A stretch of DNA of 40,124 bases from Collodictyon triciliatum (lineage: Eukaryota): positions 1-40,124 of the forward strand of contig JBHJMP010000865.1 of assembly GCA_043381765.1 (NCBI GenBank), written 5' to 3'. Of this stretch, positions 22,021 through 36,266 are shown piece by piece (the first letter of the stretch is position 1; the number at the start of each line of letters is the position of its first letter). The notes under the pieces are model-generated. The model was not told the origin of the DNA. It did not search any database and was given only the letters and a program-made list of their open reading frames with translations. Made by a program: the position numbers and the translations under genes.

Positions 22021-22772
22021 AGAAAAAGATTGAAAAAAAAAGAAAAAAAATCAACAAAAACCAATAATACACAAGGGTAGCAAAGATTCTGCCGATCACA
22101 CACCAGCCAGAGTTTATTGCGAGGAGATTTTGTGTCATGATGTGACTTTGATCATTCTCGCAAAGAAATCTACTCAACTAAATAAAGTTCACCCGATCAC
22201 AACCAATCTATCGGTATGTGTCTAAAAAAAAAAAAGAAATATTAAGCGTCGCAAATAGATTAGTATTAATATTATATTTTGATTCTGCTCCGGCGTGTGG
22301 CTTTCCCGTGAAAGTTCGGCGAATAATTTGCGAGTGTGTGTGTGACTTTCAAAGGACACAACAAGGAGTGGCGCCTTTTGAGAGACCTCATATAACGATA
22401 ACATTACGGGAGTTATACAATTTTTTTGTAATCAAACCAAGCAGGGTACTAATATTCGATTTCTATCCAACTCTATGAATTTTAAATTCGACGACATTAT
22501 CGGGCTCAAACACAAACTTTTACATGGATCATCACGTCGCTGTAACGATCGCTTCTTCCCTTCTATGCTCTTTTTTTTATTTTTTTTTATTTTTTTATTT
22601 TTATATTGGGTTATTCGCTGTGATTCCGAAATGTAATCAAATGCAACCCATATGTGCTTTGCATCGCTCCAAATCCTCAACAATATGTTTTATTTTCTTT
22701 TCAAATCCGGAAATATATTTTCATGAAAAAAAGAAGAGGAGAAAGACGGGTATATCTGTAAAACATTATACG

Positions 22773-25700
22773 ATGCAGAAGACTCTATTTTCGTTCTTCT
22801 CAGGGGCATCACAATCCACCTCTTCTCAGAGTAAGTCTTCTGTATTTTTCTTTCAGTTCAGTTTGTGGAGCTACTTTTTTTTAAATGTGCTTTGGTATAT
22901 AGGAGATTGAATAATAACACTACAAACGTTATATACACACTCACTCAAATATATATCTGCGTGTCATTTTCTAATAATCAGTGCGGTATAACCATATTCA
23001 AAACTATACAATGCTCTTAAAAGATATGATTTATAACAAGGAAAATATAAGTCCACTTATTTCCCACTATCAAAGAATCAATATTTCCATCGCATTTTTA
23101 ATTAACCCAATTTCTTCCTTTTCATTCAAATAATTCCCACCAGAGTCCTCATCTACCGTCTCAGACTCACCACAAGGTAATATCCAGATAAACATCTATT
23201 CATATCCTTGTTGTACGGTCTTACATTTTCCTCATGACATATTCTTTCGTTCATAAGTGGTAGAAGATCAAATACAAGGAACATAATATATGTTACATTC
23301 GCAGCCGATCTTATCAACACTTTCAACCGCAATCTTCGACTGCTTATCAATCATGAAAAAAAAACTTTTCCTTCTCGACTGACATACAAATAATTTAAGG
23401 TCAGGTGTCGGCGTCTCAACCATCGCCCAGCAAACCGACAGGACTCTTTTCACCGCACCAAAATCTGTCCACAAACCAGAGCAAAGTAATGGGTTCACCA
23501 ACAAAATCGAGCACGCTGTTTTCATTAAAACAGGCGTCCCCAAAAGTCTCTCAGACCATTCAGCCCGAGTCACAAACGCATTCACCAATGCGCTCCGAGA
23601 TATCCAGAATCAGTGGAACTTCGACACAGCCATCACCAGTTTTGCCCATAGCGAGATACGGAGAATCTGCACAAAAACAAGCCAGCCACGCCTCCCACAA
23701 GCGAAAAATCGAGTTTCATGAAGGCGAAAACGATCTTGAAGAAGATGACGCACCAATATTCAGTTCCAATCCCGCAGTGATGACAATCAAACCAAAGCAG
23801 TAATTTCCCCTCATTTTACTTGATTTGACTTCTTTTCAGAAAGGAACCCCTTCTTTTCTTTTTATACATTTACTTTAGTACTGTGCACTGAGTTTCATAG
23901 ATACCACATACAAGATTTTTTTTTGAAAATGTATTCAAGAGCGATTTATTCAATCTAGTTGACATTCTTTATAGAATAAACACTGGGAAGCTGAATATTG
24001 AGAATACACCTATCTCCACTCAAAAAACTCCAACAAAAATTGCAAGAACTAATTCGGGCCGAACTATCAAGAAAATCTCCCAGAAAATCGAGGATGATGA
24101 GGAAAGTGACAGTGGCGACTTTGATGATAATGACGATGACCTTGACTATGGTGCTGCCAAAGGCACAGAAAACATGGATAACGAAGATGATGATGACAGT
24201 TCGCTGATTGGTGAAGTAGACGAAAATGACGGGGGAGATTATGACATCGATGATGACGCTGAGATCGAATTCAGCACGCCATCAAAAAAAGGAGCTAGAG
24301 CCCAATCAACACCAAAGAAGTCCACGCCCTCACGAACTCCTGTAGTTGATTATTGGAATCTTCCATTTTATACCATTTTCATATCATCATATCATCATAA
24401 ATACTTATATATATCCTTTCACTTGTTTGATGTTTTTTTTTTATTTTACCTAATCTTTCTTATCCTCAGGGAAAAGGCTTCGCTTCGTCAAAGCCAGTCC
24501 CGATGCAAGGTTTTCCCTTTCAAACTCAAAAAACTAAATGTTTTGCAAACAGTATATCACAAGTATATACCTAGTTGGGATATGCCTGTTTCCTTTGTTA
24601 GATTTTTTTTAATTCAGTTCTTTCATACTTAGTGCTGGCAAAAGGAGAGAACCCTTATCGAAGTAGCACATATGACAATTCCAGATTTGAATGGCTCGAG
24701 AATCTTAGAGATGCCAAAGGCGTGAAGAAAGGTGATTACCAATTATATGATACTCTCGATACTTTCTTTTTCTTAATTTAATCACATATTTAATAGTCTC
24801 CTCAAATTGTAATATATACATTTGCTATTGCTTCTGATGTGGATATTAGGGGACCCTGCATATGACCCGTCATCGTTGTATATCCCCCCGGCTGCGATGC
24901 AAAGACTTACCGCCTTCGAAAAGGTCGATTTTAGAGCCTCACCTATTAATTGCTACCCATTAAAAGAACAACAATACTAACTAACCTTTGAATCGAATAA
25001 GGAAAAAAAAACAATACTAATTAGCAATATCATAGCCTGTCTTTGAATGCTATTGAAATGTCCTTTTTAATGAATCAACTTACATTTTTTTCAAACCACA
25101 GCAATATTGGGAGGTAAAAAAAGCACATTTTGATACGGTGGTGTTTTTCAAGAAAGGGAAATTTTACGAGCTTTATGAACAAGATGCTGGTGAGTTATCT
25201 TTCTTTTCGTTTCCTTAACTGTTAGTCTCACCTAAATTTAGTCCCTGAAAATTCCTTTTTTTTTTAAACCAGTTTAATTATAAATATCAATATCCTCTTC
25301 GGTTGGTTGCTTAATGAAAAAAAAAAAAAAACGATATATTCTTTAAGACCTTGGAAATCAGTTACTTGGACTTAAATTGACCGACCGAGTCAATATGCGA
25401 ATGGCTGGTGTCCCTGAAGCTTCGTTTAACATGTGGGCGAGTCAGCTTATTAAAGCAGGGTATTAAGAACTTTAATAGCTACAAGACGAATCACTAGTTC
25501 AAACAATGATTCACCAAGGGCATATTTGAGTTGGCCCAGAGCCAATCAATTCATCCTTAAATCATAATTTTTTTAGATACAAGGTTGCCAAAGTGGATGA
25601 AGTGGAGAGTAACCTCTCTATGCAAAAGCGCAAGAAGGAGAACCCAAAGGATGGAAAATTCGGAAGCGTTAAATCAGTGATGCAGCGCGAACTGACTTCC

Positions 25701-28391
25701 ATATTAACAGGTAGGCAATTGACTGGGTGTAATGTTTCTCGGTCAGGTCTTATTTATTAGTTAATAGATTCAGTGTCAAAAGTTTGAGTAAACTTCATAC
25801 CATCGCTCTAGTGGGAACCATATCCGATCCAGACCTCATTCAGAATATGGACTCAAACTTTTTGTTAGCCATCAAAGTGAGTCATAATTCAGATTTTTCC
25901 CAGGTTACACAATTGAAATGTAATTTCTGTATGTTATGTGTTAAATATATTCATTTTTTTTTGAAGTGGACTGACTATATATGTATGAATGTAACAGGAG
26001 TTTGAAGGATTAAACAAAGTTGGTGTGTGTTTGGTGGATGTTTCGACTTCCACGTTCCATATTGCACAATTTGATGATGACGCTCGTCGAACACAAATCG
26101 AGACTCTTTGCCTGCAAATGAAACCAAAAGAAATCCTTGTTGAAAAGGTTAGACTGTCTTTAATGTCACTTTTTGAATTATCAAACTAATAGATTGAATG
26201 AATGATGACACAGTCATGACAAGTGACAATTTTTCTGCACTTACCATATAGGTTGTTCTTTAGGCATCAATTCATATTCTAAAGTTTTTTTTTCTTAATC
26301 TTTCTATCGTGGTTGTGGCATCAACTTAGAAAAATTTGAGCACTTTGACAAACCGTACCATCCGTTTAAGTGTTCCTTCAGCCACGGTCACTGCGATGGA
26401 ACCTGAAAAGTATTGCACGATTCAATTAAACGTTCCATTATATCACCACAGAAGGATTCCTTTTCTACAATAATAAACATCATCTAGATTGAACTCTCAA
26501 TGCACACCATCTAAATTTTAATAACCGACGGCATCCAAATTCTAAACAGACAGTTTTGGGGCTCTCAAGAGACTATTGATTATTTGTCAAGAAGTTCCAT
26601 GTATGGAGTAGACACTCCAAAAGCATGTACTATGTTTTCCTTTCATAGACAGATGCAATATCTACTTTAAACAAGGGGGTTTCTATTCAAACCGGACAAA
26701 ATTTTTGAACGTGATTGTTTCGTTTTAATTGTATATTAATTTATTTACTATTTTCTTGTCGAAGCGAAATGGCCACCAGTTTTGAAGAAAATGATAACCA
26801 ACGAATTGGCAATATCGTGCCTTGGAGCTGTTATTTCATACTTGATATCAGTTTGTCATTCATAAGGACAGTTACATAAATCGAAAAAAGAAAAAAAAAC
26901 TCCATACCTATGAAAACCAACTCGTTATTACTAACCAAACTCTTTTCACATTATGGCTTCATCGTCTCACAAAAGGTCAAAAGTGACCCATCCATTATAC
27001 TATTGAACCGAATTCAAGAGTACAGCGCCACGACTTCATCAACATCAATGGTATTTTCAGCCTATACGTCTCACCCATTGGTTGTCGAGCATTCATTTTT
27101 TTTGTTCATTATTATCTTTCCTTTTTATTTTCATATTTTTTCTCATGGATAGGTTCTTGACGGTCAAACTCTACTGAATCTCGAAATATTGGAAAACACA
27201 TACGATGGGGGCTCTGAAGGGACTCTGCTTAATCTCCTTGATTACACATCGACTCCATTCGGTAGTTTTTCTCCACTATTTTTCTCTCTCAAATTTTTCT
27301 TGCTCATGCATTTTAGGGAATTCAAGTAAAGACATACCATTTTTACATGAGAATGTAATATCTGTCTGTTTTATTGACAGCAAAAGAGAAAAGAGGATGA
27401 TGAAGAAGAAAGGGCAATTTAGAATCTACTCTAAAGTGGTATTTATATATATATATATATATATTAAGGTCGCCGATTGTTTCGGTCGTGGGTATGTCAT
27501 CCTCTCCGTCATCCGGGCATGATTAGTGCTCGCCTGGATGCTGTTCAATGCTTGATGAACATTGGCGAACAAAAGGGTATTTTGTCCTTCAATTGATCCC
27601 CGCATGCGTAATCATAATGCATATCAAAGCAAAGGAAAAAAAATAATGCATATCAACATGTTTACCTTTAAACATTTTTTTCTATTTTTATCTAAAAATG
27701 TCACATTTTAATCAGGACAAAAACAGCCAAAATCATAGAATCACGTCAATTATACCTTGATTTGACACATGCTTTTTCCATATGTTTTGTTTTCTTTTCA
27801 TTTTGGACATCCTCCTGCTAGAGCTATATCAGCATTTGAAAAAACTTCCCGATCTGGAGCGTTTGCTTTCACGCGTGCAAACAAAGTCGTGCAGAGTTCC
27901 CGAATTTCTCTCTGTTATCGAGGGATTTGGCAAAATACAGGTTCGTTCCTATTCATTTACTGTCCTGTTACTTTTTTAATCGTTATTGGTAGATGTTGCT
28001 ACTTACATACTTGCCTTCTCTTACATATATCCTGTGGTTTGAGTGATGTCTTTAACTACTTTGAATGTACTGCTTTAATCAAGAAGTAATCATTATAGAG
28101 AATAAGGGCAATGATGATCGATCTGTTTGCAGACACACCCAGTGAGGTTGATGCCTTTCATGCCTTTCCCTACCTCTTCTCTAGTTTCTATTCAAAAGCA
28201 TATATTTTTTCAGTGATTAAAAAGCAGACACGCTAATAATTATGTAAATTATTTAAATTAGATACTCAAGAATATGGTTTCACCAATGGGGGTATTTAGG
28301 GATTTAGATGAAAATATTGCAGTGTTTGAAAAGTCATTTGATTTGACTGTTGCCCGTGAGCAAGGTATTAGAGAACGGAACCGCCTTATTG

Positions 28392-28448
<57 letters not shown>

Positions 28449-31400
28449 TAGCCGCAACAATGGTAAATACCACTCATAAATTCAATGATTGTATTTGCTT
28501 GCATGACAGGGGTTATTTCTCCCTCTCTTGGAGCGGACTCAGAGTACGACAAAGTTGTTGCGGAGGTTCGTGATTTCTTTTGTTCGGCATGTAATATTTA
28601 GATGACATTTCGATACACATGCATGACTTGTCATTTAACGAAACCCATATTGATAATAAGAGTTCTTAAATTAATCACTCTCAGTTGCCTTTTTATTATA
28701 ATTTTTAATAGGTGAAGTTTTATTCTATTTCTAAAGCAACCTTTTCTTTTATTTATCACAGGTCAATACTTTACAAGAAAAGTTAGATAATCACTTGGAA
28801 GAACAGAAGAAGATATTGAAGGTAAGATGCTTTTGTAATCACATGATTCAAATTAATTTACTCTAGAGATAAAAAAACAAAAAACAAACAAATGCCATCA
28901 AACTGTACCTAGATATCTTCTATTGTTTACAAGAATGTCGGAAAGGAGTTATACCAGATTGAAATCCCAAACAAGGCACTTGAAAAGACCAAGATTCCAT
29001 CGCATTACATTTTGATGTCCCAAACAAAAACAGCGAAGCGATATTGGACGCCATTTATCCAGACATGTTTTGCCCCTCTCAAAGAAGCTGAGGAGAAGCA
29101 AAGTGGTAAATACTTCTCCATTCTAAAAAGTGGGGAAAAATAACCACACACACTATCTGCACTATTGTAGCTTTTTTCCCCCTTGTATGTATACGAAATT
29201 TTAGGAAAAAATATACTCGTTTCAAATAACTAGAAATACTTTTTCACACAATGTGCATTTGTAATATTTGGATGTTATGTTATCTTTAATTCAAATAAAC
29301 ATATTCTCTTACATGTTTATCCGTCATATAAAAAACCCAATTAACCATTTTGCTATATGGAATGATAGATATTCGAGATAACTTTCTGACCCTCTTACAG
29401 GAGAAAGTAATTTATTCAGAATATATGGTTTTATTTGACCGACGGATTAAGTTACACTCGGTGTCCTTACATCAGATAATAGGAGGCTCAAAATAAAAAT
29501 TATATTGACTAGTTCGACCAACGTCGTCGTGTTTGGAGGACAATTGTGGATTCTGTTGCAGAGTTTGATGCCTTGTTGTCTCTTGCCCGTGCATCCGTCT
29601 CGTTCGGCGGTAGTTTCAGAACATCGATTACATTTATTTTAATCCCTGCACTCCACATCATTATCTCTTTTTTCTCTTTTAAAAAAAACAAAGAAACAAA
29701 GCAAAATAGTAATTCAAAATTAAACTTAACGCAGCGCCCTCATGCCGCCCTAACATAATTGACGCCCAAGAACCACAAATTCATCTGAAATCAATGCGCC
29801 ATCCTTTTGCAAAGACAACTGGGTAAGTTCATATTATAAAATTTTTGAATATTTTATTTTAATTCCATATTTACGAAATATGACTATATTTCGCTGTTAG
29901 GGATTCATCGACTTTCATCCCAAACGATACAATTATCGGAGGGAAAAAAAAGCCACATGGAGAGAACGCCAAAGCATGTTTTCAATCCATAATTAGTTTT
30001 CCGAGTACTATTTGATCATGAAAAATAGGAGATAGAACAAAAGAAACTCATATTTCATTTTTTTTTACTCTCCCTATTAACCGTCATGGGTTTTTTTTCT
30101 TTCATTCAAAAATTAATACCCTTTCTTAGACAATTCTTCTCACCGGCCCAAATATGGGAGGAAAATCGACACTACTGCGACAAGTGTGATATCAAACAAT
30201 CTATGCGTCTATGGTCAAAAATAATTGCATTTTTTTTTTTTTACTTATGCAGTATTACATGTCTCCCCCTGTTATTTCAACAATAGACCAGTCTTGCCGT
30301 TATTCTTGCGCAGTTGGGATGCTATGTTCCTGCAGAAGAATGCACGATTACTCCCGTCGACCGCATCTTTACTCGACTCGGTGCGCGTGACAACATCATC
30401 GCCGGCCAATCAACATTCATGGTTGAACTACAAGAAACTTCCAGTATTTTAGTATGTCTTTTCTTTCTCTACTTCTGATGGCATGGTTGTAAATATGAAT
30501 CGCTGTTGTAAGTGATACGCACATCTGCTAAATTCCATATCATAACTTGCGATTACCGCACATTATCATAAACTTAATTATGTTACGTCTTAAAGAAACA
30601 CGCGACAAAAAATTCGTTGGTAATCTTGGATGAGCTTGGAAGAGGAACAAGCACGTTTGATGGGTACTTTTGCATGAATAGCCGTAATTTTACGGGATAT
30701 TTACATCTTTAATACAAGAGCGATTATTGATTTAGTGGATTTATATGTGTGTCTGGCGCTCCGCAGATTCTTACAGTTGTATTAGATTCTCGATTGCATA
30801 CGCTGTGCTCCAGTACATCGCATCGAACATCAGCTGCAGATGTCTCTTTTCCACTCACTATCACATGCTTACAGGTAAATATATTATTTCCTTTTCACAA
30901 TCCGATTATGCACGAAAAAAATGTAGAAATCTGTCGATTTGGATGTATTTGCGAACCCTCGAAATTGAAAATCTCACAACCTTGAATGCATATGAAACAA
31001 TTATCATTATCATTATCATTATCATTATCATTATCATTATCATTATCATTATCATTATCATTATCATTATCATTATCATTATCATTATCATTATCATTAT
31101 CATTATCATTATCATTACTTTACTGAAAAATTTTATACAACGCAATGAAACAATGATTATCCCTATTTTTAAAAGATGAGTTTATAAACCATCCTGTGGT
31201 GGCACTGAAACATATGGCATGTCACGTCGATGAAGAGAGGTTTCTTGCGTTATTCCTTCCTCTTTTATCTCCCACAATTATGCATTCCTTTTTGAATACA
31301 TAACAGAATTCACCTTTGCTGGGTTTGACTATGCCCTAAGAATAATATTCACGTTTGCTCCCATCCACTTTTCAGCCATAAAGTCACCTTCCTATATCGC

Positions 31401-31982
31401 CTGTCGGACGGAATCTGCCCGAAAAGCTACGGCATGAACGTGGCAGGCATGGCCGGAATTCCAAAGCAGGTTTGCATTTTCAATTAGAAGTGGACATTAC
31501 TTCTCATCTCCGCTTATACTCTTACTACTGTGGCTGTCATTTCCCCCATATATCAATTACAACAATTGATTATATACATATATTTTGTCTGCCTGGTTTC
31601 TCTTTAGTTGATCGATAGAGCTGATTCCATCGCCACAAGTTTCGAGGAAGCCACTCTAGAATCAATTCAGTATTCAATTATTATTTTTTTTTTTAATATT
31701 CATTTCTAATACATCGCACAAATGCACCCACGGTCAACTTCTTTAATCACACGCATTTACCAAAACTTCAATTCGGCACTATTTAAATCGCATACGTGAT
31801 GCGTATGAATTGAAAAATGAATGCTTCCCGGATGACGATTTAACCTCCTCGAATCACCCCACAGAAAACGCAGGGACTTTATCCAGCTTGACTTGGAAGC
31901 GAAAAGCAACTACCAGTTCATATCCACAGCGATTCGCAACGAATCATCGCAAAAGGCTTACGAGGTTTTCAATTCTATATGA
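22773..31982 (+). CDS. MSH6: DNA mismatch repair protein MSH6 (MutS-alpha subunit), about 36 exons
   Basis: N-terminal PCNA PIP box [18 protein letters not shown]; mismatch-binding [15 protein letters not shown] with the Phe-X-Glu motif; [20 protein letters not shown]; Walker [36 protein letters not shown]; Walker [39 protein letters not shown]. The 3' end is approximate. Confidence 0.95.
28392..28447. repeat. (TCAA)n microsatellite, intronic in MSH6
   Basis: Directly visible. Confidence 0.97.
29974..30129 (+). other. GC-AG intron (MSH6, just before the Walker A exon)
   Basis: AAA|GCATGT...CTTAG|ACAATT gives [18 protein letters not shown]. Every GT before the next in-frame stop is phase 1, while the acceptor needs phase 0. 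Confidence 0.75.
31000..31116. repeat. (ATCATT)n hexanucleotide microsatellite, intronic in MSH6
   Basis: Directly visible. Confidence 0.97.
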
Positions 31983-32773
31983 AGTATTCAATATTCCCCC
32001 GATGCTATCCCCTTACTTCCATCGTATTTTTTTTGATTTTATTAGAAAATATAAAAAAATAAATCAGAAAAAAAAGATACATAAAGAAAAAAAAAAGGAA
32101 AATTGAGTATAAAAAGGAACACAGCTCTTTGCGTGGTGAGGCTGACTTATTCATTTTTAATAATGAGTTGTGAGCAACACCTCTATTTTATGAGATTAAT
32201 CACTGGAAAACATAGGGGATTATTTCAGCATGGTACACAATTCTCGCTGCGTCGGTGGGTGAGGATGAATTCGGAGCACTTTGATACGAAAGCCAGCAAG
32301 AGATTGCGAGCGTATCTCTGGGTTGATTGCCGAATGTTCTTTTCTTTCTTTTCTTTCTTTTTCTTCCTTTCAGTTTGTGCAAGATTTTTTTTTTGGATGT
32401 TCTTATATACGAGGGTTTGCCTTTCTCTTTAACGGTGCATGTTCTCCGCTTTTTTCGGTGACGCAATTATGCCAGAAAAACAATACACTCACAGCTGAGA
32501 TTTCTAACCCGGTTGTCGGTCTCGCAGTCACAAACAAACATTCTTTCTGCACTGAACCACATCTATTCCCCTTTTAAATCAAGTTTCATAATGTTTTTTT
32601 TTTAATTTAACCCTGAATAATAAAGAATCGTAAATACGTCATTTATCGGTTGACAGGCGCAATTCTTAGTTGATCAAATGCCTTGAAAGATGAAAAGAGA
32701 TAATAATCATCATTAAGATTTAGAAAGCGGAAAATAAAAAATAAAATAAAATAAAATAAAATAAAATAAAAAA

Positions 32774-32850
32774 NNNNNNNNNNNNNNNNNNNNNNNNNNN
32801 NNNNNNNNNNNNNNNNNNNNNNNNNNNNNNNNNNNNNNNNNNNNNNNNNN
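32774..32850. other. Assembly gap (77 N) flanked by A-rich repeats
   Basis: Run of N. Confidence 0.99.
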
Positions 32851-32858
32851 ATAAATTA

Positions 32859-32990
32859 ATAAAAAACCAAAAAATAAAAAACCAAAAAATAAAAAACCAA
32901 AAAAATAAAAAACCAAAAAATAAAAAACCAAAAAATAAAAAACCAAAAAATAAAAAACCAAAAAATAAAAAACCAAAAAATAAAAAACCA
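32859..32990. repeat. About 15-nt tandem repeat (ATAAAAAACCAAAAA)n
   Basis: Directly visible, about 8-9 copies. Confidence 0.93.
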
Positions 32991-33475
32991 TCTTTTTTCT
33001 TCATACGCTCTGTGAGGTGGTGTTCAGCTTGTTCATCAAACCGATTCATCAGCATCATAAACTTGAAGGGAATCGAAGACGGGAGATAAATTTTTTGGTG
33101 TTGAAAAAAAAAGAGAACAGATAGATAGCAGATATGATATGTTATCCCGCATGTCGAGTTGCGGATGGGGACGTTTTAATCTCATGATTTCTTACGAGGA
33201 GCTTTCTCTCTTTTCTTTTCGAAAACCTTGTAAAATAGAAAACTGTTTTCCTAACTGGATGATTTTTTTTTTTAAAAAAAGAGAAAAGAGAAGAAAAATA
33301 GAGAAAGAGACAAAACAAAACAAAACAAAACAAAACATGAACATAAACATAGACGTAGACAAAAAAAAGTAGAGAAAGGGAAATATACAGACAGCAGGAG
33401 GTTCTTAGATGTATATGGAGAGTAAATATATGTGACTACGATATAAAATGAGCAATGCGAGTGCCGCATGACGAT

Positions 33476-33704
33476 TCACTTCGCTTTTGCTTTTCCGTTT
33501 GCCTTTGTCTTTGTCTTTTTGAGATAGTCTGCGAGCTTTGCATCCAGACCGATGAGGAGCCGGTTTGTCTCATCCAGGCGCGTCTTTGTATCGCGTGTGA
33601 AGGGCACGAGATAGTCCAGCAAGATGGCGAGGTAGTTTGGATCGGGGTCTGTGGGGTTGAGAAGGGTCGTGAAGAAGCGGTCCCAGAGTTCGTGGTTCCA
33701 ATAC
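33476..33704 (-). CDS. Coding exon beyond the gap, either the NOT2 C-terminus or part of a separate gene
   Basis: Acceptor aaacag at 33705, then an exon-like GC-rich frame YWNHELWDRFFTTLLNPTDPDPNYLAILLDYLVPFTRDTKTRLDETNRLLIGLDAKLADYLKKTKTKANGKAKAK*. It could instead splice at aa|gtgaat to further small exons near 33200-33230 and 33010-33060. Confidence 0.6.
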
Positions 33705-33818
33705 CTGTTTTTTCAAGCACAGTGGCGTGAGAGGAGCGGCGGGAAGGTCACAGGACAAGAATGTGTGTGTATTCGAGAAGGGAAAGAGAAAAGAGAAAAG
33801 AAGAAAAGAAGAAGAAAA

Positions 33819-34030
33819 NNNNNNNNNNNNNNNNNNNNNNNNNNNNNNNNNNNNNNNNNNNNNNNNNNNNNNNNNNNNNNNNNNNNNNNNNNNNNNNNNN
33901 NNNNNNNNNNNNNNNNNNNNNNNNNNNNNNNNNNNNNNNNNNNNNNNNNNNNNNNNNNNNNNNNNNNNNNNNNNNNNNNNNNNNNNNNNNNNNNNNNNNN
34001 NNNNNNNNNNNNNNNNNNNNNNNNNNNNNN
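33819..34030. other. Assembly gap (212 N) interrupting the NOT2-like gene
   Basis: Run of N. Confidence 0.99.
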
Positions 34031-35412
34031 CTCTTGATTATATCCAAGAAACCCAACAGCCCATATGGATCCGGTCCGGTTTTGGATGATGGAGTTGTTA
34101 TTTGTAATGACTGGTGTTTGACGGGACATGTTTAATATTATCATTACGCGGACTGCAATATGGATAACAATGGTGCATAATTAACAGCATAATGGTCTTA
34201 TTCTTGGAGTATTTTTCTCGTCGACATTATATCTACAGACCTTTGGTTGACCAGGAAGTTGTATAGTCAAGCCTTGCATTTGGGCCTGCTGCTGAAATGC
34301 TTGTAGTTGTGAACTGACCGACGCCTGTGAATTCGTAGGCGCAGTATTGAAGCTTTGCAGTCCTGGCGCCGGAGACTGAGACGATGGGGAGGTAATCGAG
34401 AGGATATTCCCGGTGCCTGCCCCAGGACTCATATTCAAACTTGGATTCGCATTTGCTGGCGATGAGTACTGATTCCCATATCCACTGTACGAGTGATTCA
34501 TAGCTGTCATAGAGCCCGGGTGTGACCCCACTCCAGCTGGCAGCGGTCCGGTCGATGGTGCAGATGCAGATGCAGAAGCAGAGGCGGAGGCAGTGGCAGC
34601 GGCAGCATTCATTTGGTTACTGAGCTGCATGATGATGCTATTGGCTGCACTCGACGGGCCAGGGGAACGGAATATTCCAGGGCTGTTTGTTGCGCGCGGG
34701 TCAAATAATCCTGGAACTGAGCTTCCGGAAGCTGACAGATTCGCAGTGATCCCTGAAGATGCACCGAGTCCCGATGCTGCAGATAGGTTAGGAATTCCTG
34801 GTGGTCCACTGCGTCCATATGACCCGCTATCAAAAGGCACTTTTTTTTTCGACATCGTTTATTATAGTTGTTAATTATAGTTGTTTGGTATACTGCGAGG
34901 GACTTAAGTCATTTGATGGACATAATTAAGCAAGTATAGCGTGATTCCTTTACATATTCATACGTTCTTTAATTAATATACGTACAAACGAATTAGTAGA
35001 ATGTATACGCAATATAAAAAAATTATTCAATACTTTGAAACGATGCAGGAATGCCAGGATAATTATCAGCACCACCAACCCCGTTCTGATAAAGAATTGT
35101 GTATTTATTGATATTTACACGATGAGTGCGAAAAAAATTCGACGTAAGGCACAAATATGGGGAAAAAAGCATACCGATCGGCTGACATATTCCATAGGCA
35201 TACCTACATAGCGTTGATAAGTAGAGTTCAAAAATATATGAAGTTAGTTCCATTACCATTTACTCCAAACTAGTATTGTATAATACAAAAAAGCTGAAAC
35301 CTCCCATGCGAAGACCATACTCTGGACCATAACCATCATGGAGCATTTCTCCTTCAAGCCCCATTACCAGATGAGCAGAGCCACCCATATTCACATGCTT
35401 GGGCACAATACC

Positions 35413-35507
<95 letters not shown>

Positions 35508-36016
35508 GAAGCCCGTCAATATTTGACATAATCCCTAACACTATTAAAATACCTGGTGGATGAGACATGTTCATCATCCCATTGGGCTGCTGCGGTTTCG
35601 CAGGTACCTGTAATAAGTACGATTAGAAACAGAGAAAATCATTACATGACACGCCCTGTGTTGAGTTTTCTAATGAAAGATAAATAGATCTATGTGTAAA
35701 TATATATTTAAACAAACAAACAAACAAACATACAAACAAACAAATGTAATGAATTGAAAGAGGGGAAATGCGATAGAGTGCGTGGCTGCACCTGGGACTG
35801 TCCCAAAGGCCGACTCATCCCATTCATCTGGCGCAACTGAGCAGCAGCTGGCATTTGCGGACTTGGCCGGGACATTGCGCTCTGCATTCCAGTCGGAGCA
35901 TTCATACCACTATTGGGCAACCCTCGAGAGTACGGGTTCGTCGGCATTGCACCTTCGTTGGGGATATACATCCGGTGGGGAAATACTCCGCTTGGGTTTG
36001 TTTGGATCGGCTGCAT
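34031..36016 (-). CDS. CNOT2: Probable CCR4-NOT complex subunit NOT2; the 3' part runs into an assembly gap
   Basis: Long M/P/G/S/Q/N-rich low-complexity N-terminus over several exons (e.g. 34240-34855). The next exon, 34110-34031, reads SLQITTPSSKTGPDPYGLLGFLDIIK, matching the D-x-[FY]-G-[LM]-x-G-L-L-x-x-I motif that starts the conserved NOT2 region. Only this one motif is visible before the gap. Confidence 0.7.
35413..35506. repeat. (TAA)n microsatellite, intronic in the NOT2-like gene
   Basis: Directly visible. Confidence 0.97.
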
Positions 36017-36196
36017 TTGTGTGGCCCTCGCAAGACTGCAGATGCGTCGCTCGTCTGAAATTCAGAGGGGGGAGGGGGAGGGGAGAGCGGACCTGCTTTG
36101 TTCCTTTTAGGAAGAGGAGGAAAGAAAAAAAAGAGTAAACCTTAAGCCGCAATACAAAAACAAGACTTGGGAAAGAGTGTAGACGCATAATTCATG

Positions 36197-36251
<55 letters not shown>

Positions 36252-36266
36252 AATAAATAAATAAAT
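36197..36266. repeat. (TAAA)n microsatellite
   Basis: Directly visible. Confidence 0.96.

Noticed and set aside
22300-22325. E2F-like sites (TTTCCCG, TTCGGCG) upstream of MSH6
   Set aside because: Imperfect matches to TTTSSCGC and too short to support without conservation data.
24411-24420. Perfect U12 donor-like ATATCCTTTC, with similar matches near 23202 and 13582
   Set aside because: These lie inside GT-AG introns or inside an exon where the reading frame is already fully explained, and no matching U12 splice is needed.
32205-32340. U3 snoRNA-like or other structured RNA (GGATTATTTC, GAGGATGA, hairpin near 32305-32322)
   Set aside because: Only loose resemblance, with no convincing B, C and D boxes in order. 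The patch also reads as a plausible minus-strand exon. A cmsearch would be needed.
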